A DNA stretch of 64,000 nucleotides, taken from assembly GCA_050253075.1 (NCBI GenBank), contig JBFWJS010000002.1, forward strand, positions 512,001-576,000. Direction: 5' to 3'. Numbering within the stretch: the first letter of the stretch is position 1; the number at the start of each line of letters is the position of its first letter. Shown here piece after piece: positions 9,621 through 20,283 of this stretch. The notes below the pieces were generated by a model. That model was not told where the DNA came from. It made no database searches and was given only the letters and a program-made list of their open reading frames with translations. Source of the stretch: Deferribacterales bacterium (GTDB lineage Bacteria > Chrysiogenota > Deferribacteres > Deferribacterales > Geovibrionaceae). A program made the position numbers and the translations under genes.

Positions 9621-10217
9621 ATGAAAGCTATTGCCATCAACGGAAGCCCCAGAAAAGACGGGAACACATCAATACTGCTTAACAGAGTCCTTGCGCCGCT
9701 CAAAGAAGCGGGATGGGAGACAGAGATCATTCAGCTCGGCGGGAAGCCCGTCAGAGGATGCTTGGCCTGCACAAAGTGCTTTGAAACAAAAGATATGCAG
9801 TGCATCATTAAGAATGACATTATAAATGACGTAATAGCAAAGATGGTCGAAGCTGACGCTGTCATCATCGGTACGCCCACATATTTTGCAAATGTTTCCA
9901 CAGAGATAAAGGCTCTCATAGATAGAGCAGGATACGTCACTATAGCAAACGGTAAACCGCTGAAGGGGAAAGTCGGCGCTCCTGTTGTCGCTGTTCGCCG
10001 TGCAGGTGCCATACCTGCATTCGATGCTATAAACCACTTCATGCACCTTTCACAGATGATAATGCCCGGTTCTACATACTGGAACTTAGGCATCGGACGC
10101 CTACCAGGCGAGGTCGAAGGCGATGAGGAAGGCCACAGAAACATGGAAAACCTCGGTAAGGTCATCGACTGGCTCACTAAGATAACAAAGCCGTCTCTCG
10201 ACTCTTTCCCTGCTTAA
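9621..10217 (+). CDS. Iron-sulfur flavoprotein (Isf / NADPH-dependent FMN reductase-like flavodoxin family), copy 1
   Basis: INGSPRKDGNT, CLACTKC......C 4Fe-4S motif, GTPTYF. Confidence 0.9.
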   Translation: MKAIAINGSPRKDGNTSILLNRVLAPLKEAGWETEIIQLGGKPVRGCLACTKCFETKDMQCIIKNDIINDVIAKMVEADAVIIGTPTYFANVSTEIKALIDRAGYVTIANGKPLKGKVGAPVVAVRRAGAIPAFDAINHFMHLSQMIMPGSTYWNLGIGRLPGEVEGDEEGHRNMENLGKVIDWLTKITKPSLDSFPA

Positions 10218-10221
10218 TCTA

Positions 10222-10414
10222 AATCACTAAAAAAAACACAGCTATGTCATTCTGAGCTGAGCGAAGAATCTGTGATACCATTAGAGAACCAACATGTTCA
10301 GATCCTTCGGCTAAAGCCTCAGGATGAAGAAAAAGTTTTCTGAAACAAAAAATCCCCGATGTTACTATAAACAACGGGGATTTTATTATTGTGGGTCAAA
10401 ATCCCAACATGTCT
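10222..10414 (+). mobile_element. MITE-like ~200-bp element, left end degraded
   Basis: Near-identical by eye to 30913-31103; contains GTCATTCTGAGC...GAAGAATCT / AGATCCTTCGG...CAGGATGA dimer and atccccgatgtt...aacggggat hairpin. Confidence 0.75.
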
Positions 10415-10474
10415 TTAAGGCCCTTGTCACAATGCCCCCTTTTTTATCATATACATCATTCGTTTAAAATTAAC

Positions 10475-10490
10475 TTGAACGATCATTCAA
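10475..10490. promoter_or_regulatory. Palindromic operator candidate TTGAACGATCATTCAA
   Basis: 14/16 dyad symmetry, ~65 bp upstream of the second Isf gene. Confidence 0.45.
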
Positions 10491-10556
10491 AATAACTCTT
10501 GAAAAGTACACCGCTTAGTATACATTAAGTATTACTTTATTATCAGGAGTAGTTAG

Positions 10557-11153
10557 ATGAAAGTAATCGCTATCAATGCAAGCCCCAGAAAGGGAGGAAA
10601 TACCGAGACCCTCATTAACAAAGTTCTCGAACCAATGAAAGATGCAGGCTGGGAAACAGAGGTTATTCAGATCGGCGGTAAGCCCATAAGAGGCTGCATG
10701 GCATGCTATAAGTGTATGGAAAATAAAGACATGCAGTGCGTCATAAAGACAGACATGATAAACGAGATACTGCCTAAACTTGCCGAAGCCGATGCGCTTA
10801 TCCTAGGCACACCTGTCTTTTACTCAAACGTCACATCAGAGATGAAAGCATTCATGGACAGAATAGGCTTCCTATCCCTCGCTAACGGATATCTTTTTAA
10901 AGGCAAGGTCGGAGCACCTGTCATAGCCGTTCGCCGCTCAGGAGCTATCCCCGCTTTCGACGCAGTAAACCACTTCCTGCATCATCAGCAGTTCGTAATG
11001 TCAGGCTCAACATACTGGAATCACGGCATAGGGCTCACACCGGGAGACGTTGAGGGAGATAAGGAAGGCATAGAAAATATGACTCATCTGGGCAAAGCAA
11101 TAGACTGGCTCGCCAGAGCAACAAAACCCGTCAGAGACTCATTCCCCGAGTAG
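10557..11153 (+). CDS. Iron-sulfur flavoprotein (flavodoxin family), copy 2
   Basis: INASPRKGGNT, CMACYKC......C; same length (198 aa) and colinear with copy 1. Confidence 0.9.
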   Translation: MKVIAINASPRKGGNTETLINKVLEPMKDAGWETEVIQIGGKPIRGCMACYKCMENKDMQCVIKTDMINEILPKLAEADALILGTPVFYSNVTSEMKAFMDRIGFLSLANGYLFKGKVGAPVIAVRRSGAIPAFDAVNHFLHHQQFVMSGSTYWNHGIGLTPGDVEGDKEGIENMTHLGKAIDWLARATKPVRDSFPE

Positions 11154-11182
11154 GTTTCATTTTTACATTATCAGGCAGCGGG

Positions 11183-11791
11183 CTACTTGTCTGCTGCCTT
11201 AGCTAAGGCAACTACATGTTTCAGATTCTTTAACAGTCTAAGGCGCTGTTTATACATTTTATAAACCTTATACGGACGCAGACTGTTCTGTATAGCATAT
11301 TTCATAGTCAGCTTTCTCGCACCCAGCCCGTCTATCACGACCAGCTTATACCTGCCCTCTTCAACTTTCTGAAGGAGTACGTTGGATATCACGGCATCCA
11401 CAAACAGTATGTTGTTCTTTTTGAGGTAGTCATTCAGCTCTTCCACAAGGGGAACAGCCTCTTCCCATGTGATCTGCCGTTCTTTCACAGCATGGTGAAG
11501 GGTCAGCACGGGTGATTCGTCATAATTCCTCACCCTGTCAAATACGAGCCCTTCGCCTTCGCTGGTCTCTACCCATCCATAGCACTTCGGCATAAATGAG
11601 AAATCAGTGACAGTATCTTCTGCGAGTTTATAGCTGAGAAATTCTATGAGATTCTGGCTTTTGAAGTTTGGATTTTTGCGTTTTTTAGTGACAACTTTAA
11701 TGACCTTGGTGTCATCATCGGGGTGTATATAACAAATTCTCTGGTGTCCGTGGCCCAGATAATGCTCTTCTTTAAGGTTTATAACGGTCAT
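11183..11791 (-). CDS. YrbL family (PhoP-regulatory-network, kinase-like) protein
   Basis: LG.G..R.CY.HP.D...IKV, G.VET..GEGLVFD, D....N.L, V.IDGLG. Confidence 0.8.
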   Translation of the reverse strand: MTVINLKEEHYLGHGHQRICYIHPDDDTKVIKVVTKKRKNPNFKSQNLIEFLSYKLAEDTVTDFSFMPKCYGWVETSEGEGLVFDRVRNYDESPVLTLHHAVKERQITWEEAVPLVEELNDYLKKNNILFVDAVISNVLLQKVEEGRYKLVVIDGLGARKLTMKYAIQNSLRPYKVYKMYKQRLRLLKNLKHVVALAKAADK

Positions 11792-11879
11792 CTTCTGTCC
11801 TAAAAATAATAGTTTTAATGAAGATGAATTTTAGCATAGAACAAAGAGAGTAAACAAGAGCGCTTTACAAATGATTCAC

Positions 11880-11912
11880 AAAAAAAAGGGAGCCTTTCGG
11901 CTCCCGTTTTTT
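11880..11912. terminator. Intrinsic terminator of the alpha operon
   Basis: gggagcc-tttc-ggctccc stem flanked by A and T tracts. Confidence 0.85.
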
Positions 11913-11915
11913 ATA

Positions 11916-12269
11916 TTAGTCTACGAACTCGATGATCGCCATTGGTGAGTTGTCACCCTGACGAAATCCAGTTTTAATTATTCTTGTATATCCGCCGGGA
12001 CGCTCGCTGAACTTAGGAGCGATCTCGTCGAAAAGTTTATGAACAACCGCCTTATTTGGGAGTTTCTTGAGTGCATTTCTGCGAGCTGCAAGATCGCCCT
12101 TCTTGCCAAGAGTTACAAGCGGCTCAACAAACATTTTGAGTGCTTTTGCTCTTGTAACGGTTGTTTCAATACGGCCGTGCTCCACAAGAGAAGTGGCGAG
12201 GTTACGAACCATAGCCTTTCTGTGTGCAGGTTTTCTGCCGAGTTTGAATCCGCTTACTTTATGGCGCAT
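11916..12269 (-). CDS. rplQ: 50S ribosomal protein L17
   Basis: MRH...KLGR...HRKAM.RNL, RPGGYTRI. Confidence 0.98.
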   Translation of the reverse strand: MRHKVSGFKLGRKPAHRKAMVRNLATSLVEHGRIETTVTRAKALKMFVEPLVTLGKKGDLAARRNALKKLPNKAVVHKLFDEIAPKFSERPGGYTRIIKTGFRQGDNSPMAIIEFVD

Positions 12270-13277
12270 TTACTCTTCCTCCGATTCGATGCTGTTATTG
12301 TAGCCGATGGTTTCAAGATCCATACCGAGGGAAAGTCCAAGCTCCTGGAGAACTTTTTTGATCTCTTCGAGTGACTTTCTACCGAAGTTTTTAGTCTTGA
12401 GCATCTCAGCATCAGTCTTCATGCAGAGTTCTGCAAGAGTCTTGATGTTAGCGTTTTTCAGACAGTTATAGGCACGAACAGAAAGCTCAAGCTCTTCGAT
12501 GCTCTTATCGAGCAGATCAAGAAGCTGATCGTTCTGATTCTCTTCCTCGTCCTGTTTGTCTTCAACCACTGGCTCGTCGAAATTGATGAAAAGGTTCATC
12601 TGATCTTTTATGATCTTAGCTGCGAAACCTATAGCGTCCTCAGGATTGATAGATCCGTCTGTCTCTATATCCAGAGTCAGCCTGTCGTAGTCTGTCGACT
12701 GACCGACACGGGCGTTATCCACATGGTAGTTTACCTTTTTGATAGGTGTAAACACAGCATCAACGGAAAGCATATCGATCTCGTCGAAGTCTTTCTCGAG
12801 CTCTTCAGCAGGTACGTATCCGATACCCCTCTGAATAACGAACTCCATGTTGAGTTCCTTCTTAGGGTCAGTGATAGTACAAATGTGCTGATCAGGTGTG
12901 AGTATCTCTACCATTGTGTCACCGGTGATATCACCGGCTGTCACAGGGCCTTCGCCTGTCTTCTTAATATACACGCGTCTAGTCTCGTGTGTATGAAGTT
13001 TAAGGTCCAGCATCTTGATATTCATAAGGATATCTACAACATCCTCGTAAACACCTTCGAGTGAATCAAACTCGTTGCTCACTCCGTCTATCTTAACGCC
13101 GACAACAGCCGTACCCTCGATAGTAGCGAGGAGAACTCTGCGCAGTGCGTTACCGATAGTGATTCCGAAACCTTTCTCGTAAGGCTCCGCAACATACTTG
13201 CCGCTTCTGTTTGTGACTTCGCCCACGGCTTCTATTTTTCTGGGCTTTATGATTTCATGAAAGTTCATGATGACCAT
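12270..13277 (-). CDS. rpoA: RNA polymerase alpha subunit
   Basis: [32 protein letters not shown]. Confidence 0.98.
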   Translation of the reverse strand: MVIMNFHEIIKPRKIEAVGEVTNRSGKYVAEPYEKGFGITIGNALRRVLLATIEGTAVVGVKIDGVSNEFDSLEGVYEDVVDILMNIKMLDLKLHTHETRRVYIKKTGEGPVTAGDITGDTMVEILTPDQHICTITDPKKELNMEFVIQRGIGYVPAEELEKDFDEIDMLSVDAVFTPIKKVNYHVDNARVGQSTDYDRLTLDIETDGSINPEDAIGFAAKIIKDQMNLFINFDEPVVEDKQDEEENQNDQLLDLLDKSIEELELSVRAYNCLKNANIKTLAELCMKTDAEMLKTKNFGRKSLEEIKKVLQELGLSLGMDLETIGYNNSIESEEE

Positions 13278-13301
13278 TTTATCTTAACCTCCGTGTGAAG
13301 C

Positions 13302-13928
13302 TTACTTAGAGTAAAGTTCCACGATCAGGTGTTCCTGAATGTCGTAACCAACGTCGTCTCTTTCAGGCAATCTGTTAACAACAGCCTTAAAGTTAGATTT
13401 TTCCAGACCGAGCCATTCGGATACACCGCGGCCATCCGCTGTGTCCAGACAGTCTTTAATTCTGGAAATGTTTTGGCTCTTTTCACGAACCTCTATTACC
13501 ATACCCGGCTTTACAAGGAAACTTGGAATGTTTGCCTTTTTTCCGTCTACAAGGAAGTGGCTGTGTCTAACCAGTTGTCTTGCTTCTTTACGGCTTCCCG
13601 CAAATCCTGCTCTGTAGACAATGTTATCCAGTCTTCTTTCAAGAAGCTGAAGAAGGTTTTCACCAGTAATTCCTTCCATTCTAGTCGCTTTATCAAAGTA
13701 GCGTCTGAATTGTTTTTCAAGTACGCCGTAAAGCCTTTTAACCTTTTGTTTCTCACGCAGCTGGAGACCGAAGTCGCTTATTTTCTTGCGACCCTGTCCG
13801 TGCTGACCGGGAGGATAAGGTTTTTTCTCAAATCCGCATTTATCTTTGTAGCAGCGTTCTCCTTTAAGGAAAAGCTTCATGCCCTCTCTGCGGCAGAGTT
13901 TACATACTGCTCCTGTATACCTAGCCAA
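13302..13928 (-). CDS. rpsD: 30S ribosomal protein S4
   Basis: [28 protein letters not shown]. Confidence 0.98.
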   Translation of the reverse strand: MARYTGAVCKLCRREGMKLFLKGERCYKDKCGFEKKPYPPGQHGQGRKKISDFGLQLREKQKVKRLYGVLEKQFRRYFDKATRMEGITGENLLQLLERRLDNIVYRAGFAGSRKEARQLVRHSHFLVDGKKANIPSFLVKPGMVIEVREKSQNISRIKDCLDTADGRGVSEWLGLEKSNFKAVVNRLPERDDVGYDIQEHLIVELYSK

Positions 13929-13940
13929 CTTGGACCTCCG

Positions 13941-14324
13941 TTACACTCTTCTCTTCTTTCTTGGTCTGCATCCGTTATGGGGAACAGGTGTTACGTCCCT
14001 GATAACAGTGATTTTCAGACCCGCAGCGGCGATAGCACGAATAGCAGATTCACGTCCGGCACCAGGGCCTTTTACGTTAACTTCTACTTCACGCATGCCG
14101 TTGTCTACAGCCTTTTTAGCCGCCTGCTCTGCCGCAATCTGCGCAGCAAATGGGGTGGATTTACGTGAGTTTCTGAAACCCACACCGCCGCCGGCTGCCC
14201 ATGTAACAGCATTGCCGTTCACATCGGTGAATGTAACGATGGTATTGTTAAATGTTGACCTGATATGGGCAACACCCTTCGGTACGTTCTTTTTTTCTCT
14301 TTTTTTAGAGCTTTTCTTAGCCAT
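13941..14324 (-). CDS. rpsK: 30S ribosomal protein S11
   Basis: [30 protein letters not shown]. Confidence 0.98.
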   Translation of the reverse strand: MAKKSSKKREKKNVPKGVAHIRSTFNNTIVTFTDVNGNAVTWAAGGGVGFRNSRKSTPFAAQIAAEQAAKKAVDNGMREVEVNVKGPGAGRESAIRAIAAAGLKITVIRDVTPVPHNGCRPRKKRRV

Positions 14325-14338
14325 TTAGCTTCTACCCC

Positions 14339-14707
14339 TTACTTCTTCTTGATACCGCGCTTACCGGCAAGACCGCGTCTTGTTCTTGCGTTAGATCTGG
14401 TCTTCTGACCTCTGCAAGGAAGATGCATCTTGTGTCTGGAGCCACGATAGCAGTTAATTTCCATAAGTCTTTTGATGTTGAGAGCTGTCTCTTTACGGAG
14501 ATCACCTTCAACAGTGAGGTTGTCTTCGATGTAATTTCTAATAGCAGAGATATCCTGCTCAGAAAGATCGCCGATTCTCTTGGAGAGGTCACAGCCTATA
14601 TGTGCAAGTATATCTCTTGCAGTCGCACGACCCACACCAAAGATGTTTGTAAGGCCAACCTCGACTTTTTTGTTGTTCTGGATGTCTACACCAGCAATTC
14701 TTGCCAC
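14339..14707 (-). CDS. rpsM: 30S ribosomal protein S13
   Basis: MARIAGVD, RGQKTRSNARTR; GTG start. Confidence 0.98.
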   Translation of the reverse strand: MARIAGVDIQNNKKVEVGLTNIFGVGRATARDILAHIGCDLSKRIGDLSEQDISAIRNYIEDNLTVEGDLRKETALNIKRLMEINCYRGSRHKMHLPCRGQKTRSNARTRRGLAGKRGIKKK

Positions 14708-14719
14708 AAAAAGCCTCCT

Positions 14720-14833
14720 TTAACCTTGTCTCTGCTTGTGTCTAGGGTTTTCGCAGATAATTCTTACGACCCCTTTACGTTTTATAATTTTGCATTTGCT
14801 GCAAATAGGCTTTACACTAGCCCTGACTTTCAT
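14720..14833 (-). CDS. rpmJ: 50S ribosomal protein L36 (not in ORF track)
   Basis: Manual translation [37 protein letters not shown]. Confidence 0.97.
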   Translation of the reverse strand: MKVRASVKPICSKCKIIKRKGVVRIICENPRHKQRQG

Positions 14834-14845
14834 TGTTCCACCCCG

Positions 14846-15070
14846 TTATTTCTTATGTCGGTAGGTTATTCTACCACGGGAAAGGTCATACGGTGAAAGT
14901 TCTACCGTAACCTTGTCGCCGGGAAGTATTCTGATAAAGTGCATTCTCATCTTTCCGGAGAGGTGCGACAGTATCACGTGCTTATTTTCAAGCTCAACCT
15001 TAAACATTGCATTAGGAAGCGCTTCTAGCACAGTCCCTATGGTTTCGATTACGTCTTCTTTCTTTCCCAT
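14846..15070 (-). CDS. infA: Translation initiation factor IF-1
   Basis: [34 protein letters not shown]. Confidence 0.98.
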   Translation of the reverse strand: MGKKEDVIETIGTVLEALPNAMFKVELENKHVILSHLSGKMRMHFIRILPGDKVTVELSPYDLSRGRITYRHKK

Positions 15071-15076
15071 ATACCT

Positions 15077-15820
15077 TTACAACGTTAATATTTCCGGTCC
15101 GTCGGGAGTGATGGCTACAGTGTTTTCATAATGTGCTGCCATGCTGCCGTCTTCTGTGACTGCAGTCCAGCCGTCTTTGAGGGTTCTAACACCGTAATAT
15201 CCTGCGGTAACCATAGGTTCCACAGCTATGACCATCCCTGCACGCAGCCGCACGCCTCTGTTAGGTCTCCCAAAATGGGGGATAGAGGGTTCCTCGTGCA
15301 GGTCTCGGCCGATACCGTGACCGAAAAAATCTCTTACTACGCCGTAGCCATGCTTTTCGACATGTACCTGCACCTCATGTGAGATGTCTGTAAGTCGACC
15401 ACCGGCAACGGCCTTTTTCATACCTTCAAAAAATGACTCTCTGGTCACTCTTATCAGTCTCTCTGATTCCTCAGATATATCCCCAACAGCAAAAGTGCGA
15501 GCAGCATCACCATGGAAGCCGTTTATATAGGCCCCAACGTCTACACTCACAATGTCGCCGTTATTTAACTTTCTGTCACCCGGAATTCCATGCACGACTA
15601 CTTCATTGACTGATGTGCATGTCGCAGCGGGAAAGCCGTGATAACCCTTAAACGAGGGCACGGCATCCCGAGAGTTTATAATACTCTCTGCAAATTTGTC
15701 AACATCTAATGTAGTCATGCCGGGTTTGATAAAATCTTCAAGCTTTTCAAGGACTTCACGCACAATACCACAGGCAATGCGCATTTTTTCCAGTTCTGCC
15801 TTTGATTTTATTGTAACCAT
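15077..15820 (-). CDS. map: Type I methionine aminopeptidase
   Basis: SVNEVVVHGIP, GHGIG..LHEEP, EPMV, AHYENTV. Confidence 0.97.
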   Translation of the reverse strand: MVTIKSKAELEKMRIACGIVREVLEKLEDFIKPGMTTLDVDKFAESIINSRDAVPSFKGYHGFPAATCTSVNEVVVHGIPGDRKLNNGDIVSVDVGAYINGFHGDAARTFAVGDISEESERLIRVTRESFFEGMKKAVAGGRLTDISHEVQVHVEKHGYGVVRDFFGHGIGRDLHEEPSIPHFGRPNRGVRLRAGMVIAVEPMVTAGYYGVRTLKDGWTAVTEDGSMAAHYENTVAITPDGPEILTL

Positions 15821-16467
15821 TAACCGAGAATATCCATAATTTTGGCATAAACATTCTTAGGATCGTCGTCGCCGTTGATCTCTGTGAACTTACCTGTTTT
15901 GCCGTAGTAATCTTTTAAAAGAGCTGTTGTGTCGTGGTAAACACCGAGTCTCTTACGGATGGTTTCCTCACGGTCGTCATCTCTGTGGACAAGTGTTTCG
16001 CCATCGTTATCACACTTACCACCCTCTTTTGAAGGGTTGAATTTGATGTGGTATGTTGCTCCGCATGTAGGGCAGACACGTCTGCCTGTGTTACGCTTAA
16101 CAACCACTTCGTCATCAACCTCAAGGCTGATGATGTGTGTGATAGAAGTTTTCAGCTCATTTTCGAGCATAGAGTCGAGCGCTTCCGCCTGAGCTGTAGT
16201 TCTTGGGAATCCATCAAGGATGAACCCGTTTTTACAGTCGTCTGCTTCGAAACGTTCTTTCATCATGTTTATGATCAGAGTATCAGGAACGAGCTGTCCG
16301 CCGTCCATATATACTTTTGCTTCCTTACCAAGCTCTGTTCCCGCTTTTACTGCAGCGCGGAGAAGGTCGCCTGTTGATATCTGTACTACTTTATAGTCAT
16401 CAATGATTCTTGCTGACTGTGTACCTTTACCTGCTCCCGGAGGTCCGAGAAAAATAAGGTTGATCAT
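15820..16467 (-). CDS. adk: Adenylate kinase (Zn-lid type)
   Basis: GPPGAGKGTQ, LDGFPRT, lid CPTC...CDND. Confidence 0.98.
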   Translation of the reverse strand: MINLIFLGPPGAGKGTQSARIIDDYKVVQISTGDLLRAAVKAGTELGKEAKVYMDGGQLVPDTLIINMMKERFEADDCKNGFILDGFPRTTAQAEALDSMLENELKTSITHIISLEVDDEVVVKRNTGRRVCPTCGATYHIKFNPSKEGGKCDNDGETLVHRDDDREETIRKRLGVYHDTTALLKDYYGKTGKFTEINGDDDPKNVYAKIMDILG

Positions 16468-17774
16468 ATCATGCTCCTGCCCTGAATACGGCCTTTCTTA
16501 AGAAAGCCGTCGTAGTTGTGTGTAACAAGGTGCGCTTCGATCTTAGAGATAACGTCCATACCCACACCGATAACGATGAGGATAGATGTTCCACCGAAGT
16601 AGAAAGGAACGTTGAATCCTTTAATAATCAGCTGCGGCAGTATCGCTACTGCTGCGAGGTAAAGCGCGCCGACAAATGTAAGTCTGGAGAGTGTGAAATC
16701 TATAAACTTAGATGTCTCTTCGCCAGGTCTCTTGCCGGGTATAACCCCGCCTGATTTGTTGATGTTGTCCGCTATATCATCAGGGTTAAAGATGATAGAT
16801 GTGTAGAAGTATGTGAAGAATATGATGAATCCGAGTGTCACGGCATAATATATCCATGAGCTAGGAGACAGATAAAAACTCATCTTCTGTATAATCACAT
16901 TTTCGCTGAATGTCGCAAGTGTGCTAGGGAAAGCAAGTATGGACATTGCGAAGATGATAGGGATAACACCCGCAGGGTTTAATTTAAGGGGCAGGTAGGA
17001 GGTGGCAACATTGCCTCTCCCACCGCCGCCTTTTCTAACATATTGTATGGGGAGCCTTCTGGATGATGTTTCCATGAAGACTATGGCCGCAGTAACAGCA
17101 AGTATTATGGCGACAACAGCTATAATTGTGATCAGCTGTACTTCGCCTGTCTTGATCAGTGTGAGCGTTCTGCTGACAGCTGATGGAAATCCGGCGATAA
17201 TACCTGCAAAAATGATAACTGATATACCATTACCGAGACCTTTTTCAGTGATTTTCTCTCCGAGCCACATAAGGAACACAGTACCTGTTGTCAGAGTGAT
17301 CGCTGTAACGATTCTAAATCCCATTCCAGGGAACATAACAACCGGTGCGCCGCCGGGGGATGTCATCCCCTCAAGGCCGATGGCGATACCCATACCCTGA
17401 AAGAGGGAGATGGCTACCGTACCGTATCGTGTATACCTAGTGATCTTATCACGCCCTTCCTGACCGCGCTTTTTAAGCTCCGCAAGATGCGGAACAGCAA
17501 CAGTCATCAGCTCCAGAATAATTGCAGCTGAGATATATGGCATGATACCGAGTCCGAACACTGTAAGTTTTGACAAAGCACCACCGGTAAACATGTCGAA
17601 AAATCCGAGCAGGTTACCAGCTTGCTGTGCGAAAAACTGGCTCAAGGCCTCGCCGTCTATACCTGGTGTTGGAACGTGTGCACCGATCCTGTAAACAAAC
17701 AGGAAAAACAACGTCCACATAATTCTTCTTCTAAGTTCAGGTATTGAGAAAATCTCTTCTATTTTTTTAAACAT
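16464..17774 (-). CDS. secY: Preprotein translocase SecY
   Basis: LGIMPYISA, WLGEKIT..GLGNGIS, IPGKRPG, FGGTSILI. Confidence 0.98.
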   Translation of the reverse strand: MFKKIEEIFSIPELRRRIMWTLFFLFVYRIGAHVPTPGIDGEALSQFFAQQAGNLLGFFDMFTGGALSKLTVFGLGIMPYISAAIILELMTVAVPHLAELKKRGQEGRDKITRYTRYGTVAISLFQGMGIAIGLEGMTSPGGAPVVMFPGMGFRIVTAITLTTGTVFLMWLGEKITEKGLGNGISVIIFAGIIAGFPSAVSRTLTLIKTGEVQLITIIAVVAIILAVTAAIVFMETSSRRLPIQYVRKGGGGRGNVATSYLPLKLNPAGVIPIIFAMSILAFPSTLATFSENVIIQKMSFYLSPSSWIYYAVTLGFIIFFTYFYTSIIFNPDDIADNINKSGGVIPGKRPGEETSKFIDFTLSRLTFVGALYLAAVAILPQLIIKGFNVPFYFGGTSILIVIGVGMDVISKIEAHLVTHNYDGFLKKGRIQGRSMI

Positions 17775-17777
17775 TAA

Positions 17778-18227
17778 TTACCCCAGAATGACCACTTCGC
17801 AGCCAGCTTTTTCACATTTTTCCTTAGCAGAACCGGAGATCTTGTCTACTTCGAATTTGAGCTTTTTTGTAAGCTCGCCTTCGCCGAGGACTTTGATACC
17901 GTCTTTGTTACCTGCAATAAGGTTTTTGTCTTTCAGAGTTTCGTAGTTTACTACTTCTCCGTCTGTATATCTGGCGTCGATTGTCTCAAGGTTTACTATT
18001 TCGTAAACAGTGGCGAATCTGGCGTTGTTGAAGCCTCTCTTAGGAAGTCTTCTGTTAAGAGGCATCTGGCCGCCTTCGAATCCCGGTCTAACACCGCCGC
18101 CAGATCTTGCTTTCTGACCTTTGTGTCCTTTACCGGAGGTTGTACCATGGCCGCTACCGCTACCACGTCCAAGCCTTTTTCTATCTTTATTGGCACCTTT
18201 TGCCGGTTTCAGATCATGAAGTTCCAT
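17778..18227 (-). CDS. rplO: 50S ribosomal protein L15
   Basis: GRGSGSGHG, GFEGGQMPL.RRLPKRGF. Confidence 0.98.
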   Translation of the reverse strand: MELHDLKPAKGANKDRKRLGRGSGSGHGTTSGKGHKGQKARSGGGVRPGFEGGQMPLNRRLPKRGFNNARFATVYEIVNLETIDARYTDGEVVNYETLKDKNLIAGNKDGIKVLGEGELTKKLKFEVDKISGSAKEKCEKAGCEVVILG

Positions 18228-18239
18228 TTATATAACCTC

Positions 18240-18737
18240 TTACCTGATGATTTCCTGGATAGACTTGCCTCTTGCTTCAGCAACTTCTTCCAGAGTTCTC
18301 ATTTTTTTGAATCCGTCCATAACAGCGTAAAGGGAGTTATAGGCGTTTCTGCTTCTTGTAGACTTGCAAAGGATGTTCTGTACACCTGCAAGCTCGAAAA
18401 GTGAACGTGTTACTCCACCGGAGATGATACCAGTACCGGGAGATGCCGGCTTCATGATGATCTCGGAAGAAACGAATTCACCGATAACCTCGTGAGGGAT
18501 AGTACCGTTCACAACAGGAACCTGTACCATGCTCTTTTTGGCATTATCGAGGGCTTTTTTGATAGCGTCGGGCACTTCACGTGCTTTACCGTATCCGATT
18601 CCGACGGAACCGTTCATATCACCCACTACAACAAGAGCAGTAAACTTGAAAATTCTACCACCCTTAACAACTTTTGTTACTCTGCCGATGTTGACTACTT
18701 TGTCAACGATCTGCTGTTCGTCTTTAATAGCGTTCAA
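18240..18737 (-). CDS. rpsE: 30S ribosomal protein S5
   Basis: RVTKVVKGGR.F.F.ALVVVGD, GKAREVPDAI. Confidence 0.98.
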   Translation of the reverse strand: MNAIKDEQQIVDKVVNIGRVTKVVKGGRIFKFTALVVVGDMNGSVGIGYGKAREVPDAIKKALDNAKKSMVQVPVVNGTIPHEVIGEFVSSEIIMKPASPGTGIISGGVTRSLFELAGVQNILCKSTRSRNAYNSLYAVMDGFKKMRTLEEVAEARGKSIQEIIR

Positions 18738-18748
18738 AGTAATCCTCC

Positions 18749-19114
18749 TTAGAACTCAAGACCGGCTTCACGGGCAGCTTCAGCAAGTGCTTTGATTCTG
18801 CCGTGGTAAAGGAAACCGCCTCTGTCGAAGATGACAGATTTGATGCCTTTCTCTGAAGCTCTTTTAGCCACTTCAGCGCCAACAGCTTTAGCGGACTCGA
18901 GGTTTACACGGCCGCTGAACTTCTCTTTCATCTCTTTTTCGAGAGAAGAAGCAGCTGCGAGTGTTGTGCCGTTTACATCATCTATAACCTGGGCATAGAT
19001 GTAGCTGTTTGATTTGAAAACAGCGAGCCTAGGTTTCAGTGTAGTGCCTTTTAACTTTTTTCTTGTGCGCATGTGTCTTCTGACACGAGCCTGCGCTCTT
19101 GATACCTTAGCCAC
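18749..19114 (-). CDS. rplR: 50S ribosomal protein L18
   Basis: [27 protein letters not shown] start with GGAG RBS. Confidence 0.97.
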   Translation of the reverse strand: MAKVSRAQARVRRHMRTRKKLKGTTLKPRLAVFKSNSYIYAQVIDDVNGTTLAAASSLEKEMKEKFSGRVNLESAKAVGAEVAKRASEKGIKSVIFDRGGFLYHGRIKALAEAAREAGLEF

Positions 19115-19126
19115 TTTCAACACTCC

Positions 19127-19666
19127 TTATTTTTTACCGGTTTTACCGGCTTTTTTAGCGACGAATTCGCCGAGATATCTCACACCTTTACCTTTGTATG
19201 GCTCCGGTGGTCTGATCTCGCGAATGTTAGCAGCTACCTGACCAACGAGTTGCTTATCGATACCGGACACAGATATTTTAGTCTGTGTCTCAGCCTTAAG
19301 CTCGATGCCTTCAGGAGCACTGAACACTACAGGGTGTGAAAAGCCGAGTGCGAAATCGAGGTCGCTGCCCTTCTGAGCAACTTTGTAACCTACACCGATT
19401 ATCTCGAGGTCTTTCCTGTAACCCTGTGTTACGCCGATTATCATGTTGTTGATAAGTGTCCTTGTAAGGCCATAAACAGACCTGGAAAGCTTGGATGAAT
19501 CCACGTTTTTAACAGTGATGACATTCTCTTCGATTGTCACTGCTGCTTTAGGGTGGATATCCTGTGAAAGCTTGCCCTTAGGTCCTTCCACGCTGACGAT
19601 CTTGCCGTCGAAGGCTACTTTAACGCCTGCTGGGATTTCTATCGGTAATTTACCAATTCTGGACAT
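19127..19666 (-). CDS. rplF: 50S ribosomal protein L6
   Basis: MSRIGK.PI, PEPYKGKGVRY. Confidence 0.98.
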   Translation of the reverse strand: MSRIGKLPIEIPAGVKVAFDGKIVSVEGPKGKLSQDIHPKAAVTIEENVITVKNVDSSKLSRSVYGLTRTLINNMIIGVTQGYRKDLEIIGVGYKVAQKGSDLDFALGFSHPVVFSAPEGIELKAETQTKISVSGIDKQLVGQVAANIREIRPPEPYKGKGVRYLGEFVAKKAGKTGKK

Positions 19667-19678
19667 TACAGTTCTCCG

Positions 19679-20077
19679 TTACCATATCTGGCAGATATAT
19701 TCTCCGCCAACTTTCTCAGTTATGCACTGCTTGACGGTTTTGATTCCGCGTGATGTAGAAACAACACCATTACCAAGTCCGCCAAGAACAGGTTTAAGGT
19801 TCTTAGTGTTCACATACACTCTCTGACCGGGCTTAGAAACACGCTTCATTCCGCGTATTACAGATTCGCCGTGATCGTTATATTTGAGGTGTAGTACTAT
19901 ATTTTTACGATTTCCATCGTCAGCAACACGGAAGTCTTTTACATAGCCCTCTTCCACGAAAAGAGCTGCCATAGCCTCCTTCATCTTTGAATGAGGTACT
20001 ACTACTTCCTGATGACGCACCATCAGTGCGTTACGCATTCTTGCGAGCATGTCCGCAATAGGATCTGTCATTCCCAT
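19679..20077 (-). CDS. rpsH: 30S ribosomal protein S8
   Basis: DPIADML.R.RNA, RVSKPG.RVY. Confidence 0.98.
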   Translation of the reverse strand: MGMTDPIADMLARMRNALMVRHQEVVVPHSKMKEAMAALFVEEGYVKDFRVADDGNRKNIVLHLKYNDHGESVIRGMKRVSKPGQRVYVNTKNLKPVLGGLGNGVVSTSRGIKTVKQCITEKVGGEYICQIW

Positions 20078-20096
20078 GACTTAGTCTCCTTATTTT

Positions 20097-20282
20097 TTAC
20101 CAGCTGGATTTTCTTACGCCCGGGATTTCTCCCTCGAGCGCGAACTTCCTAAAACAAAGTCTGCACATATTGAATCTGCGCATAAAAGCCCTGGGTCTTC
20201 CGCATATTGGACAGCGGTTGTTTGCCCTTACCTTGTATTTCTTCTTGAGAAATGCACTGTGATATTTAGCTTTTGTGGCCAA
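20097..20282 (-). CDS. rpsN: 30S ribosomal protein S14, type Z (61 aa, TTG start)
   Basis: [24 protein letters not shown]. Confidence 0.96.
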   Translation of the reverse strand: MATKAKYHSAFLKKKYKVRANNRCPICGRPRAFMRRFNMCRLCFRKFALEGEIPGVRKSSW

Positions 20283-20283
20283 C

